DNA of 64,000 bases from Phyllobates terribilis (GCF_046119375.1 NW_027362774.1:30380001-30444000), one strand, 5' to 3'. Counted from the stretch's first letter, positions 27,101 through 49,287 are shown. A program made the numbers and translations. The notes: a model not told the origin generated them from the sequence alone.

Positions 27101-30100
27101 CAATCTGGTACAGGTAACTGGAAGAGAGACGAGCCGTCAGTGACCCACAACGGAGCTACGCACCTCCTCCCACAACTCTCCTACCTAGATAACTCACCTC
27201 TTCCCCTCTCTGATCATAACATTCTCTCCTTCATGCTCAACTCCTCGCCCGCCCCAGCACACTCCTACCTATCACACATCCAGAAGTCTACAAGCCATTA
27301 ACCCTCATACACTTACAGACTCCCTACACTCATCACTGTCCCCAAGCTCCTATTTCTCCTGATCTGGCTGTATATCACTTCAAGGACACCCTCAGAAGCC
27401 CCCCTGGACCAAGTAGTGCCCCTCACCCTAAGAACCTCTAAACACAGAGTAAAACAGCCCTGGCTCACACCGCAAACTCGATGTCTCCAGCCACGGTCTA
27501 GGAGAGCCAAACACCTATGGAGGAAAACTCGGACACCAGAAAACTTTATCCACTATAAATTTATGTTAAGAACCTATAACTCTGCCCTTCACCTCGCCAA
27601 ACAGACCTACTTCACCACCCTGATCTCCTCACTATCCAACAACCCAAAAAACTCTTAGACACCTTTCACTCCCTCCTCAGTCCTAAAGCGCAGGCCCCCA
27701 TCACGGACATCTGTGCCGAGGACTTGGCCTCCTACTTCACAGAGAAAATAGACCCCATCCGTCAGGAAACCAGCTCCCAGCCACCAAGTGCCGTGACTCC
27801 CATCCCTCCCCAGATTTCACCCAGTCACAGAGTAAGTCTCCAGGCTCCTCTCTTCTTCTCATCCTACTACATGCACCACTGACCCCATCCCCTCACATCT
27901 ACTCAAGTCCTCACTAGTCACCTAACTAAAATCTCCAATCTCCCTCTCTTCTGGTATCTTCCCCTCCTCCTTCAAACACGATCATTACTTCATTGTAAAA
28001 AAAAAAAAAAAAAAAAAAACCTCTTGACCTTTCCTGCACAAACAACTACAGACCAATCTCCCCTTCGTCTCTAAACTCTTGGAGCGCCTGGTCTACTCCC
28101 GCCTTACCCGTTATTTCTCTACTCACTCTCTTCTAGACCCATCATAGTCCGGCTTCCTGCATTCTACAGAAACAGCACTCAAAGTGACCAATGACCTTCT
28201 GACAGCAAAATGTAACAGTGTCTACGCTCTGCAGCCTTCGACACCATTGACCACCACCTCCTACTCTCTATGCTCCACTCAATCGGCATAAAGGACCCTG
28301 CTCTCTCCTAGTTCTCCTTCTATCTTTCTGACTGCTCCTTCAGTGTATCGTTCAGTTACTCCACTTCTTCCCCCCTTCCTCTCAATATTGGGGTCCCTCA
28401 GGGGTCAGTCCTTGGCCCTCTTCTTCTCACTACTGGGGCCCCTCAGGGGTCAGTCCTTGGCCCTCTTCCTCTCACTATTGGGGTCCCTCAGGGGTCAGTC
28501 CTTGGCCCTCTTCCTCTCACTATTGGGGTCCCTCAGGGGTCAGTCCTTGGCCCTCTTCCTCTCACTATTGGGGTCCCTCAGGGGTCAGTCCTTGGCCCTC
28601 TTCTCTCTCTACACAGCCCCAATTGGACAGACCATCAGCAAATTTGGTTTTCAGTACCATTTTTATGCTGATACAACTATAGACCTCATCCCCTGACCTT
28701 ACCCCCGCTGTACTACAGAACACCAGTGACTGTTTCCAACATCGTGTCCGCTCTCTATCTGAAACTCAACCTTTACAAAACTGAACTTCTTCTGCTCCTG
28801 CCGTCTACTTACCTCTCTAAATCTGACATCTCCCTCTCCGTGTGGGCACCACAATAACGCCGAGCCAGCAGGTGCGCAGTCTGGGCGTTGTGACACCAAT
28901 CTCTCCTTCACCCTCCATATACAATCTCTTGCCCGCTCTTGTCGCTTGCACCTGAAGAACATCTCTAGAATCCGTCCCTTTCTCACCTTGGAAACAACAA
29001 AACCCCTCACTGTCGCCCTGATCCACTGCCGCCTGGACTACTGTAACTCTCTATTAATTGGCCGCCCCCTCACTCAACTTTCCCCCCTCCAGTCCATCCT
29101 TAATGCTGCAGCCAGGGTCATCTATCTGGCTGTTACTCAGACTCCTCCGCTCTCTGCCAGTCATTGCACTGGCTGCCCATGAATTATAGGATCCAATATA
29201 CACTGCTTGTTCTCACCCACAAAGCCCTCCACAGAGCGGCGCCCCCCCTACATCTCCTCCCTCATTACACTGCGGCGCCCCCCTACATCTCCTCCCTCAT
29301 TACACTGCGGCGCCCCCTACATCTCCTCCCTCATTACACTGCGGCGTCCCCCTACATCTCCTCCCTCATCACAGTGCGGCGCCCCCCCTACATCTCCTCC
29401 CTCATTACAGTGCGGCGTCCCCCTACATCTCCTCCCTCATCACAGTGCAGCACCCCCCTACATCTCCCGCCCCCCTACATCTCCTCCCTCATTACAGTGC
29501 GGCGCCCCCTACATCTCCTCCCTCATTACAGTGCGGCGCCCCCTACATCTCCTCCCTCATTACAGTGCGGCGCCCCCCTACATCTCCTCCCTCATTACAG
29601 TGCGGCGCCCCCCTACATCTCCTCCCTCATTACAGTGCGGCGCCCCCCCTACATCTCCTCCCTCATTACAGTGCGGCGCCCCCCTACATCTCCTCCCTCA
29701 TTACAGTGCGGCGCCCCCTACATCTCCTCCCTCATTACACTGCGGCGCCCCCCCTACATCTCCTCCCTCATTACAGTGCGGCGCCCCCTACATCTCCTCC
29801 CTCATTACAGTGCGGCGCCCCCCTACATCTCCTCCCTCATTACACTGCGGCGCCCCCCTACATCTCCTCCCTCATTACAGTGCGGCGCCCCCTACATCTC
29901 CTCCCTCATTACAGTGCGGCGCCCCCTACATCTCCTCCCTCATTACAGTGCGGCGCCCCCCCCTACATCTCCTCCCTCATTACAGTGCGGCGCCCCCTAC
30001 ATCTCCTCCCTCATTACAGTGCGGCGCCCCCTACATCTCCTCCCTCATTTCTGTTTATCAGCCTACCCGTTCCCTACACTCCACAAGCGACTTTCGACTA

Positions 30101-33100
30101 ACATCCGCACCTCCCACTCCATCACTTCTCCCGAGCTGCACCTATTCGCTTTTTATTTTTTTTTTTAACTATAACATTTTTTATTAATCTATATTGTATT
30201 ATTTTACATCACATTGACGATCAGTGTAAGTCGTCATCACATCAGAGTCTCTTATTTTTCCGCAGTAGTTTAACGACTAAACAGTAATAACGTCTCATCA
30301 TAAATTACTGTGGATAAAAGGGGGAGAAGCTGATGACAGATGACACCCGCGCACGACACCCAGCACGCACGACAGCCCGCGCGCACACACACACGACAGC
30401 CCGCGCGCGCACACACACACGACAGCCCGCGCGCGCACACACACACGACAGCCCGCGCGCGCACACACACGACAGCCCGCGCGCGCACACACACGACAGC
30501 CCGCGCGCGCACACACACGACAGCCCGCGCGCGCACACACACGACAGCCCGCGCGCGCACACACACGACAGCCCGCGCGCGCACACACACGACAGCCGTA
30601 TCCGCAGTGTTCAGTCTGAATCATGGTGCGTTATCAGCAGATGAAGCAATTATTCTCATCCACCAATGCTATAATCTCCGCTAATGACGGACATTTAGGA
30701 TTTCTCCAGTCGCTTGGGCTTTTAGTAGCGGTGAGGATCTGCACAGTCCCTGTCTGAAGCTCGTGCGGAGCCAAGTGCAGGTGATTGTCAGCAGCGCGGG
30801 CTCCTCGGTGATTGTCAGCAGGATGCTGCTGACCTGAGATATCAGACGGGAGATTGCGTCCCAGGGATCGGCGGTAGATCTGCGAGGGTCTATATGGCGT
30901 GAAATACCCCTCTATAGCAGCTTTCTGCACGGTGTCCCCATCACTGACCCGGGCGATCGAGCATTGTACGTCCAGAGAGGGGAACGTCTCCTCCGCATGT
31001 GGTGGTCCCTACAGCCTGGGCTGGCTCTGCTGTGGGGGGCTGAGCCGCATGGTGTAGAGCTCGGGGGGTCGGGAGTCAGATCTCTCCTGTACAGAGCGTC
31101 TTATTGGTGGATATTTATACTGATCTTTATATGGAAAGTCGTATTCCCGATGGTAGAGAAGCAGGAGATGCCCTCCTCTACTCCGCACCAATCACTGCGA
31201 TTCACAGGAGCTGGAGGTCCGCATTACACTGCTCCAGTCTCTGGGGGCTTCACAGCTATTTATAGGGTTCAGATTGTTAATCAGCACCCGCACGCCCAAA
31301 GCAGCCCCCACAATTATTACTATTAGGCCCGGCTGCAATCTATGAATAAGAGAAAGATGGCAGATTGTGGATTCCTATGAAATGTTTTTCCATTTGTATC
31401 CAGTGTATCGTCATTATTAATCCACATAAACCTCAATGGTTTGAATGTGGCTGCTGTATAATATGTCACCACTGAGGGGCGCCCTAGTCCTCTTTCTCCA
31501 TATGGATGTATAAGGGGTCTGCTCTGTTTTTCCGGCCATATATACTTTAATATGATGGATTGTATCTGAGTATTTTCATGGGGAATGTGACCGGCAGGTT
31601 GTGAAATAAACGCAGCGTTTGGGGGATTGTGAAGGTTCTGATGGGGGCGATTCTCCCGGACACGTCGCGTTGTCTCATGTCGGCTTTCATCTTGTTTTCT
31701 TAGGTCCTCATAATTTAATGAGAGCATTTTAAAATCAAGAAAATCAGCAGCACCAATTCTCCGGAATGCTCTACCCCAAGAAATTAGGACCAACCAAAAC
31801 TTACACAGTTTTAGGCATTACCTAAAACCACATCTGTTTATGGCGGCCAATCACGATCCCTAATCAAAGTCCTTTTATCTATAGCCCATTCACTAGTTCT
31901 CTGAACATAATTCTCCATCGACCTCCACTGCGCCCAAAAGCTACAGCCGCCGGCCGGGTGACTCCAGCCGCCGGCCGGGTGACTCCAGCCGCCGGCCGGG
32001 TGACTCCAGCCGACACTTACTGGTTCCCAAACTCTGAAGCCACAAAGAGGAAGCCGGTCTTCAGGACGGACATCGCTGAGGCCACCGGAACGGTGTCAAA
32101 GTATTTCAGGCGGATTTCTGTAACCTGAGGGAGAAGGAGCGGAGGGTGAGAGGACGGCATCTACACCCTTCTCCTCGGGAGGCCTCACACTCCCGGCACC
32201 GTCCTCACCATGTCCTCGTCTGTCTCCAGCGTGATCTTAAAGATGTCTCCCTGCTCCGTCTGCGCCAGGAAGAAGAACATGGATTTGGTTTTGTGTGTGG
32301 CGGAGCAGACGAAGATCATCCCTCGCTCGGGGTCGTCCAGGTCGTTCTGTGCAGAGAAGAAAGCGTCAGGAGGGTTTATAGTAAGAAACCCGCGATGAGC
32401 TCCGCGGGCGGCAGACGTCAGGATCTTCACTTCCTCTCCACAATACAGTCAGAGAAGAGACATGAGAATTCATCATTAATGGCTGCCAGGAAAGCCGGCG
32501 GCACGGACGACACTCACCCTCCTCCTCGGGATGGGACAGCGGATGTCCGGCTGATCACCGAAGTTCTTGTAGGTGATGTAGTTTTCGGAGCAGATCAGCA
32601 CGCCGCTGGGGCCGTCCGAGCCGCCGGGGACTGCAAGGAAGAGACGGTGAGAAGGTGCCGCAGAGGTGCCGAGGCCACCCGGACAGCTCCGGCCCAAAGC
32701 ACAGTCAGCTCTGATACACCCCCAGGCAGGCAAGGACCACCAGACACGCAGCGACTGGACACCATGATGCCAGGGTGGTCTCACCTGTGATGAGGAAGTT
32801 GCCATGCTCCTCCAGCGGCTCGCTGTACTTGCGCACCACGTGGTTCAGGCCAAGATCCAGCTCGTAGAAGGTCAGGGTCTGCTGGGTGTTGGCGGCCGCT
32901 TCCCCCGTGGGGTCATTATCGGCCTCCTATAAAGAAACCAAATCTTGTCAAAAGCAAAGAACCAAATCCCGGCCCACGATGAAACGCCCGCCGGCAGCTC
33001 AGGTTCAGCAACACAACTCTCTCCAGCAGAGTCAGAGAAGAGACATGAGGACTCATCATCCAGAGCACAGAGCAGGAGCACAACCCCCAGCATCCACTTC

Positions 33101-34154
33101 ACCTCATAGTCCATCTCCAGGCAGGCAAACATGGGGTTCTCAAAGCCGACGTCCACCCCCACCACGTGATACACCAGGGTGTTGGCTTTGTGAGCCTCCA
33201 GCGGGGAGGAGATGGTGAGCCGGGCAGCGGCGTCTCTGTTCAGGATGTAGACCAGCTTCTGCTTCTCTATGGCACCTGAAAACACAGAGAGCTGAGGCGC
33301 GGGCAACAAATACACCTCGGGGGCCCGCACACCCTGCCCTGCTGCACACACCATAAGAGGACAGTCACATGAAGGCACAAAGGGTCAGATGGAAGAAGAG
33401 ACCCCACACCCCCCCCGGCAGGCAGAGACGCCCCCATCATGGCCGCCTTGCTGTACAACAATGAGAGCCTGGCCTGAAGTAAGGGGTCCCCCACGCTCCA
33501 GTCCAGGGAGGAGACCCTCAGAGAACCACTCACTTATCATCACAGCTCTGCCCTTGGGGTCCACCGCCAAGAACTGCCCGGGCACAATCCTGCGGCAGCC
33601 GCTCTTCCCGAACGTCTCCTGGTGGATCTTCTCGAACATGTTCTTGGATGGGTGGTACTCCAGGATGATGATGCGGCCGGAGTCGCTGCCCACCACTATG
33701 TAATCCTTAGTGCCGCCGGTGAGGCGGAAAGCCATGAGCGAGCGGGATGACGCCGAACACCTCCACCGTCAGAAGCGTGTGCACCTTGCCCGTGTTGGCA
33801 TCAGGCCGCAGCAGCTCCAGGATCTTCCCCCGGGAAACAACAATCTCCTGGAGTTTAGTTCCTGGACACAAGAGAACAGAACAAGATAAGAAACCATCCG
33901 ACAGGAGTCACCGGGACGCCCCCAAGTGGTCAGACACGGACCGAAGGGGGCGCCACTGAGTGAGGAATCCCCAGAAGGGCGTGAGGCCAGCAAAACCACC
34001 GGCCCCATCAGCCTCAGGATCAGAGACGTCTCAGGGGACGGGAGCGGCATTGATCACCGGGATACACGGCGCCGGGGACGTTACCTGAGAAGTTCCCGTG
34101 GATGGCAAAGCTGATGCCGGTGGCTCTCTGCAGGGTCAGGTTATAGAGGAACAT
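18170..34154 (-). CDS. SF3B3: Splicing factor 3b subunit 3 (SAP130), 25 coding exons, one apparent +1 frameshift in exon 3
   Basis: Manually spliced GT-AG exons: 34154-34085, 33861-33534, 33275-33103, 32926-32785, 32630-32518, 32346-32209, 32124-32021, 27117-26952, 26850-26755, 26578-26506, 23884-23733, 23647-23492, 23415-23260, 23178-23035, 22946-22824, 22041-21887, 21408-21234, 21137-20932, 20854-20698, 20617-20492, 19677-19465, 19331-19233, 19153-19010, 18634-18530, 18310-18170. Translation runs [24 protein letters not shown]...[15 protein letters not shown], recognisably near-identical to human SF3B3. Total 3655 nt = 1217 aa + stop + 1 extra base. Confidence 0.98.
18730..18972. repeat. 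35-bp minisatellite (SF3B3 intron 24)
   Basis: Unit ACGAGCCAACACCGGGCGGCCAGTGGCCCGCGGCT. Confidence 0.96.
19712..20490. repeat. Bipartite 32-bp/20-bp GC-rich minisatellite (SF3B3 intron 21)
   Basis: GGGTGTGGCGGACGCGCGGCGGGTCAGGCGGA repeats switch at about 20075 to GGACGCGCGGCGGGTCAGGC. Confidence 0.96.
22115..22810. repeat. 33-bp minisatellite with degenerate flank (SF3B3 intron 16)
   Basis: Unit CAGCAGCATCCCCGCAATCGCCACCCTCACACT. Confidence 0.93.
24132..24298. mobile_element. Palindromic MITE remnant (SF3B3 intron 11)
   Basis: CTACTCACCCTCCCTGG (24132-24148) and CCAGGGAGGGCGAGTAG (24282-24298) are 16/17 inverted, with weaker internal symmetry. Confidence 0.45.
24685..25500. repeat. 40-bp minisatellite (SF3B3 intron 11)
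   Basis: Unit GCAGCACAGATCTGTAATACACGGGCGGCCACGGCTCTCG. Confidence 0.96.
26644..26717 (-). ncRNA. SNORD111: C/D box snoRNA, SNORD111 family, SF3B3 intron 10
   Basis: C box variant CTGATGA (26709-26703), guide CTCATGTCTCTTCT + D' CTGA (26685-26682), D box CTGA (26654-26651), imperfect stem; 72 nt from the 3' splice site. Confidence 0.85.
28375..28610. repeat. 45-bp minisatellite made from the L2 [12 protein letters not shown] motif
   Basis: Unit GGGGTCCCTCAGGGGTCAGTCCTTGGCCCTCTTCCTCTCACTATT, about 5 copies. Confidence 0.92.
29230..30050. repeat. Roughly 35-bp minisatellite inside the L2
   Basis: Unit CCCCTACATCTCCTCCCTCATTACAGTGCGGCGCC. Confidence 0.95.
30148..31746 (-). mobile_element. 5'-truncated L1-clade LINE relic nested in the L2
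   Basis: Minus-strand AATAAA and poly(A) tail at about 30150-30185; decayed ORF2 C-terminal motifs [10 protein letters not shown]...[33 protein letters not shown] and ILTATK...[10 protein letters not shown]; candidate 13-bp TSD. Confidence 0.7.
30365..30597. repeat. 24-bp minisatellite inside the L1 3' region
   Basis: Unit ACACACGACAGCCCGCGCGCGCAC. Confidence 0.93.
31747..31860 (+). mobile_element. 3' end of the interrupted L2 element
   Basis: GCACCAATTCTCCGGAATGCTCTACCCC...CCTAAAACCACATCT continues the L2 ORF2 tail (APILWNALP...LKTHL-like) broken at 30147. Confidence 0.65.
32410..32487 (-). ncRNA. SNORD111: C/D box snoRNA, SNORD111 family, SF3B3 intron 6
   Basis: C box ATGATGA (32476-32470), guide CTCATGTCTCTTCT + D' CTGA (32452-32449), D box CTGA (32421-32418), GGCAG/CTGCC stem; 71 nt from the 3' splice site. 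Confidence 0.9.
32995..33066 (-). ncRNA. SNORD111: C/D box snoRNA, SNORD111 family, SF3B3 intron 4
   Basis: C box ATGATGA (33059-33053), guide CTCATGTCTCTTCT + D' CTGA (33035-33032), D box CTGA (33002-32999); 72 nt from the 3' splice site; terminal stem weak. Confidence 0.88.
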
Positions 34155-34268
34155 GGCGGCAGCGGCTCCAGATCAGCGGCACCAGGAGAAGAGGAGCCCT
34201 GGAAGACGGGAAGAAGCGTTACAACCGGCGGCAGCAGGTCACGTGACCGCACCGCCACACAAGCACCG

Positions 34269-34345
34269 CCCACCACTCAGAGGTCAGTCGTCTCCAGCGA
34301 CCGTGTCAGAGAAGAGACATGAAGACTCATCATGGTACAGGTGGG
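34269..34345 (-). ncRNA. SNORD111: C/D box snoRNA, SNORD111 (HBII-82) family, SF3B3 intron 1
   Basis: Minus strand: C box ATGATGA (34333-34327), guide TCATGTCTCTTCT + D' CTGA (34309-34306), D box CTGA (34280-34277), CCCACC/GGTGGG terminal stem; D box 78 nt from the 3' splice site. Guide is complementary to 28S rRNA GAAGAGACAUGA. Confidence 0.88.
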
Positions 34346-34359
34346 AATGCGTGGGAGCG

Positions 34360-37300
34360 AGCGGCCCCGGGGGAGGAAGAGGGGAGGAGAAGAGCGCGCG
34401 GCCCGGGGGGAGGAAGAGGGGAGGAGAAGAGCGGGGGAGGAAGAGGGGAGGAGAAGAGCGGGGGGAGGAAGAGGGGAGGAGAAGAGCGGGGGGAGGAAGA
34501 GGGGAGGAGAAGAGCGGGGGGAGGAAGAGGGGAGGAGAAGAGCGGGGGGAGGAAGAGGGGAGGAGAAGAGCGGGGGGGAGGAAGAGGGGAGGAGAAGAGC
34601 GGGGGGAGGAAGAGGGGAGGAGAAGAGCGGGGGGAGGAAGAGGGGAGGAGAAGAGCGGGGGGAGGAGGAGGGGAGGAGAAGAGCGCGGGGAGGAGGAGGG
34701 GAGGAGAAGAGCGCGGGGAGGAGGAGGGGAGGAGAAGAGCGCGGGGAGGAGGAGGGGAGGAGAAGAGCGCGGGGAGGAGGAGGGGAGGAGAAGAGCGCGG
34801 GGAGGAGGAGGGGAGGAGAAGAGCGCGGGGAGGAGGAGGGGAGGAGAAGAGCGCGGGGAGGAGGAGGGGAGGAGAAGAGCGCGGGGAGGAGGAGGGGAGG
34901 AGAAGAGCGCGGGGAGGAGGAGGGGAGGAGAAGAGCGCGGGGAGGAGGAGGGGAGGAGAAGAGCGCGGGGAGGAGAAGAGCGCGGGGAGGAGGAGGGGAG
35001 GAGAAGAGCGCGGGGAGGAGGAGGGGAGGAGAAGAGCGCGGGGAGGAGGAGGGGAGGAGAAGAGCGCGGGGAGGAGGAGGGGAGGAGAAGAGCGCGGGGA
35101 GGAGGAGGGGAGGAGAAGAGCGCGGGGAGGAGGAGGGGAGGAGAAGAGCGCGGGGAGGAGGAGGGGAGGAGAAGAGCGCGGGGAGGAGGAGGGGAGGAGA
35201 AGAGCGCGGGGAGGAGGAGGGGAGGAGAAGAGCGCGGGGAGGAGGAGGGGAGGAGAAGAGCGCGGGGAGGAGGAGGGGAGGAGAAGAGCGCGCGGCCCCG
35301 GGGGAGGAGGAGGGGAGGAGAAGAGCGCGCGGCCCCGGGGGAGGAGGAGGGGAGGAGAAGAGCGCGCGGCCCCGGGGGAGGAGGAGGGGAGGAGAAGAGC
35401 GCGCGGCCCCGGGGGAGGAGGAGGGGAGGAGAAGAGCGCGCGGCCCCGGGGAGGAGGAGGGGAGGAGAAGAGCGCGCGGCCCCGGGGGAGGAGGAGGGGA
35501 GGAGAAGAGCGCGCGGCCCCGGGGGAGGAGGAGGGGAGGAGAAGAGCGCGCGGCCCCAGGGGAGGAGGAGGGGAGGAGAAGAGCGCGGCCCAGGGAGGAG
35601 GAGGGAGGGGGAGGGGGAGGGGGAGGGGAAGAGGAGCGCGGCCCAGGGGGGGGGGGGGGAGAGAGGAGCGCGGCCCAGGGAGGGGGGGGGGAGAGAGAGG
35701 AGCGCGGCCTAGGGAGGGGGGGGGGGGGGGGGAGAGAGGAGCGCGGCCCAGGGAGGGGGGGGGGGAGGGAGAGAGGAGCGCGGCCTAGGGAGGGGGGGGG
35801 GGGAGAGAGAGGAGCGCGGCCCAGGGAGGGGGGGGGGGAGGGAGAGAGGAGCGCGGCCCAGGGGGGGGGGGGAGAGGAGCGCGGCCCAGGGAGGGAGGGG
35901 GGGGAGAGGAGCGCGGCCCAGGGAGGGAGGGGGGGGGAGAGGAGCGCGGCCCAGGAGGGGGGGGGGGGGGAGAGGAGCGCGGCCCAGGGAGGGGGGGGGG
36001 GGGGAGAGAGGAGCGCGGCCCAGGGAGGGGGAGGGGGGGGGGGGGAGAGGAGCGCGGCCCAGGAGGGGGGGGAGAGGGGGGGGGGAGAGGAGCGCGGCCC
36101 AGGGAGGGGGAGGAGGGGGGGGGGAGAGGAGCGCGGCCCAGGGAGGGGGAGGAGGAGGGGGGGGGAGAGGAGCGCGGCCCAGGGAGGGGGAGGAGGGGGG
36201 GGGGGGGGGAGGAGCGCGGCCCAGGGAGGGGGGGGGGGGGGGGGAGAGGAGCGCGGCCCAGGGAGGGGGGGGGGGGGGAGAGGAGCGCGGCCCAGGGAGG
36301 GGGGGGGGGGGGAGAGAGGAGCGCGGCCCAGGGAGGGGGGGGGGGGGAGAGAGGAGCGCGGCCCAGGGAGGGGGAGGGGGGAGAGGAGCGCGGCCCAGGG
36401 AGGGGGAGGGGGGAGAGGAGCACGGCCCAGGGAGGGGGAGGGGGGAGAGGAGCGCGGCCCAGGGAGGGGGAGGGGGAGAGGAGCGCGGCCCAGGGAGGGG
36501 GAGGGGGGAGAGGAGCGCGGCCCAGGGAGGGGGAGGGGGAGAGGAGCGCGGCCCAGGGAGGGGGAGGGGGAGAGGAGCGCGGCCCAGGGAGGGGGGAGGG
36601 GGGAGAGGAGCGCGGCCCAGGGAGGGGGGGGGGGGAGGAGCGCGGCCCAGGGAGGGGGGGGGGGGGGAGGAGCGCGGCCCAGGGAGGGGGGGGGGGGGGA
36701 GGAGCGCGGCCCAGGGAGGGGGGGGGGGGGGAGAGGAGCGCAGCCCAGGGAGGGGGAGGGGGGAGAGGAGCGCGGCCCAGGGAGGGGGGGGGGGGGGAGG
36801 AGCGCGGCCCAGGGAGGGGGAGGGGGGAGAGGAGCGCGGCCCAGGGAGGGGGAGGGGGGAGAGGAGCGCGGCCCAGGGAGGGGGGGGGGGGGGGAGAGGA
36901 GCGCGGCCCAGGGAGGGGGGAGGGGGGAGAGGAGCGCGGCCCAGGGAGGGGGGAGGGGGGAGAGGAGCGCGGCCCAGGGAGGGGGGGGGGGGAGGAGCGC
37001 GGCCCAGGGAGGGGGGGGGGGGAGGAGCGCGGCCCAGGGAGGGGGGGGGGGGGAGGAGCGCGGCCCAGGGAGGGGGGGGGGGGGGAGGAGCGCGGCCCAG
37101 GGAGGGGGGGGGGGGAGAGGAGCGCGGCCCAGGGAGGGGGGGGGGAGAGGAGCGCGGCCCAGGGAGGGGGGGGGGAGAGGAGCGCGGCCCAGGGAGGGGG
37201 GGGGGGGGAGAGGAGCGCGGCCCAGGGAGGGGGGGGGGAGAGGAGCGCGGCCCAGGGAGGGGGGGGGGGGAGAGGAGCGCGGCCCAGGGAGGGGGGGGGG

Positions 37301-37365
37301 AGAGGAGCGCGGCCCAGGGAGGGGGGGGGGAGAGGAGCGCGGCCCAGGGAGGGGGGGGGGGGGGG
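34360..37365. repeat. 3-kb purine/G-rich minisatellite (SF3B3 intron 1)
   Basis: GAGGAGGAGGGGAGGAGAAGAGCGCGGG units grade into GGAGAGGAGCGCGGCCCAGGGAG(G)n; T is nearly absent on the plus strand. Confidence 0.97.
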
Positions 37366-37478
37366 GACTCCGTGGCTCCGGCTCTTCGCCTTCACGGGAC
37401 CGGGCCGCGTCTCCTGACCCCTCACACGCCGGTACAATGACTGTACGCCCTCCGCACTGTCCCCGGTCGTCTCCTCAC

Positions 37479-37803
37479 CCGGTGTCCGGGGCGCGGCTCG
37501 GGCGGATGGCGGAGATTACAGGCGGATGGCGCGCGGGGATCACTCTGCCGCCATTTCGCGCCGCTCAGACTCCGGAGGTCCTCACACAGCTGCCCGCGCC
37601 GCCTGTCCAGATCCCGCCGCCTTCGCTTCCTCCACAGCCCGGGCCGCTCCCGTCTGTGCTCGATCCTCCCGGAAATCCACGCAGCTCAGAGCGCGCGAAC
37701 CTCCAGCCGCTCTGGGAACCGGCACCGCGAGAACAGCCCGGCTCCGCAGGACACCGGAAGTGATGTGCGCGAGCGAGGGCCGGAAGTGACGTGTCCTACC
37801 AAC
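37479..37803. promoter_or_regulatory. CpG-rich bidirectional promoter of SF3B3/COG4, including the probable non-coding SF3B3 exon 1
   Basis: Tandem ETS/GABP sites CCGGAAGTG at 37754-37762 and 37780-37788 (the second followed by TGACGT). YY1-type AAATGGCGGC on the minus strand near 37548-37557 and AACATGGCCGCC over the COG4 ATG. Candidate SF3B3 exon-1 donor CCGG|GTGAGG at 37479/37478. Confidence 0.75.
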
Positions 37804-49161
<11,358 letters not shown>

Positions 49162-49287
49162 TGTCGGACTTGTGTTTGGCCGGAGCTTTGTCATCCTCGT
49201 CCGCAGAGCTCTACTCATCCTCAGCCGTGGCCGACCGGAGGCTCGGAAATGTCGGGGACGGCGCTTTATAGCACTAATTCTGGGACA

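Larger units (their letters stand above)
27160..30147 (+). mobile_element. L2-clade LINE ORF2 relic, 5' portion (SF3B3 intron 8)
   Basis: Degenerate EN end ([10 protein letters not shown]), [43 protein letters not shown] and RLDYCNSLL; many frameshifts and internal minisatellites. Confidence 0.85.

Noticed and set aside
26680-34325. Repeated AGAAGAGACATGA as rDNA fragments
   Set aside because: The match is only 12-13 nt and is embedded in C/D boxes, so these are snoRNA guides, not rRNA genes.
34153-37763. 1143-aa Gly/Arg-rich and 550-aa Pro-rich ORFs
   Set aside because: The T-free G/A minisatellite cannot form stop codons; it lies in SF3B3 intron 1.
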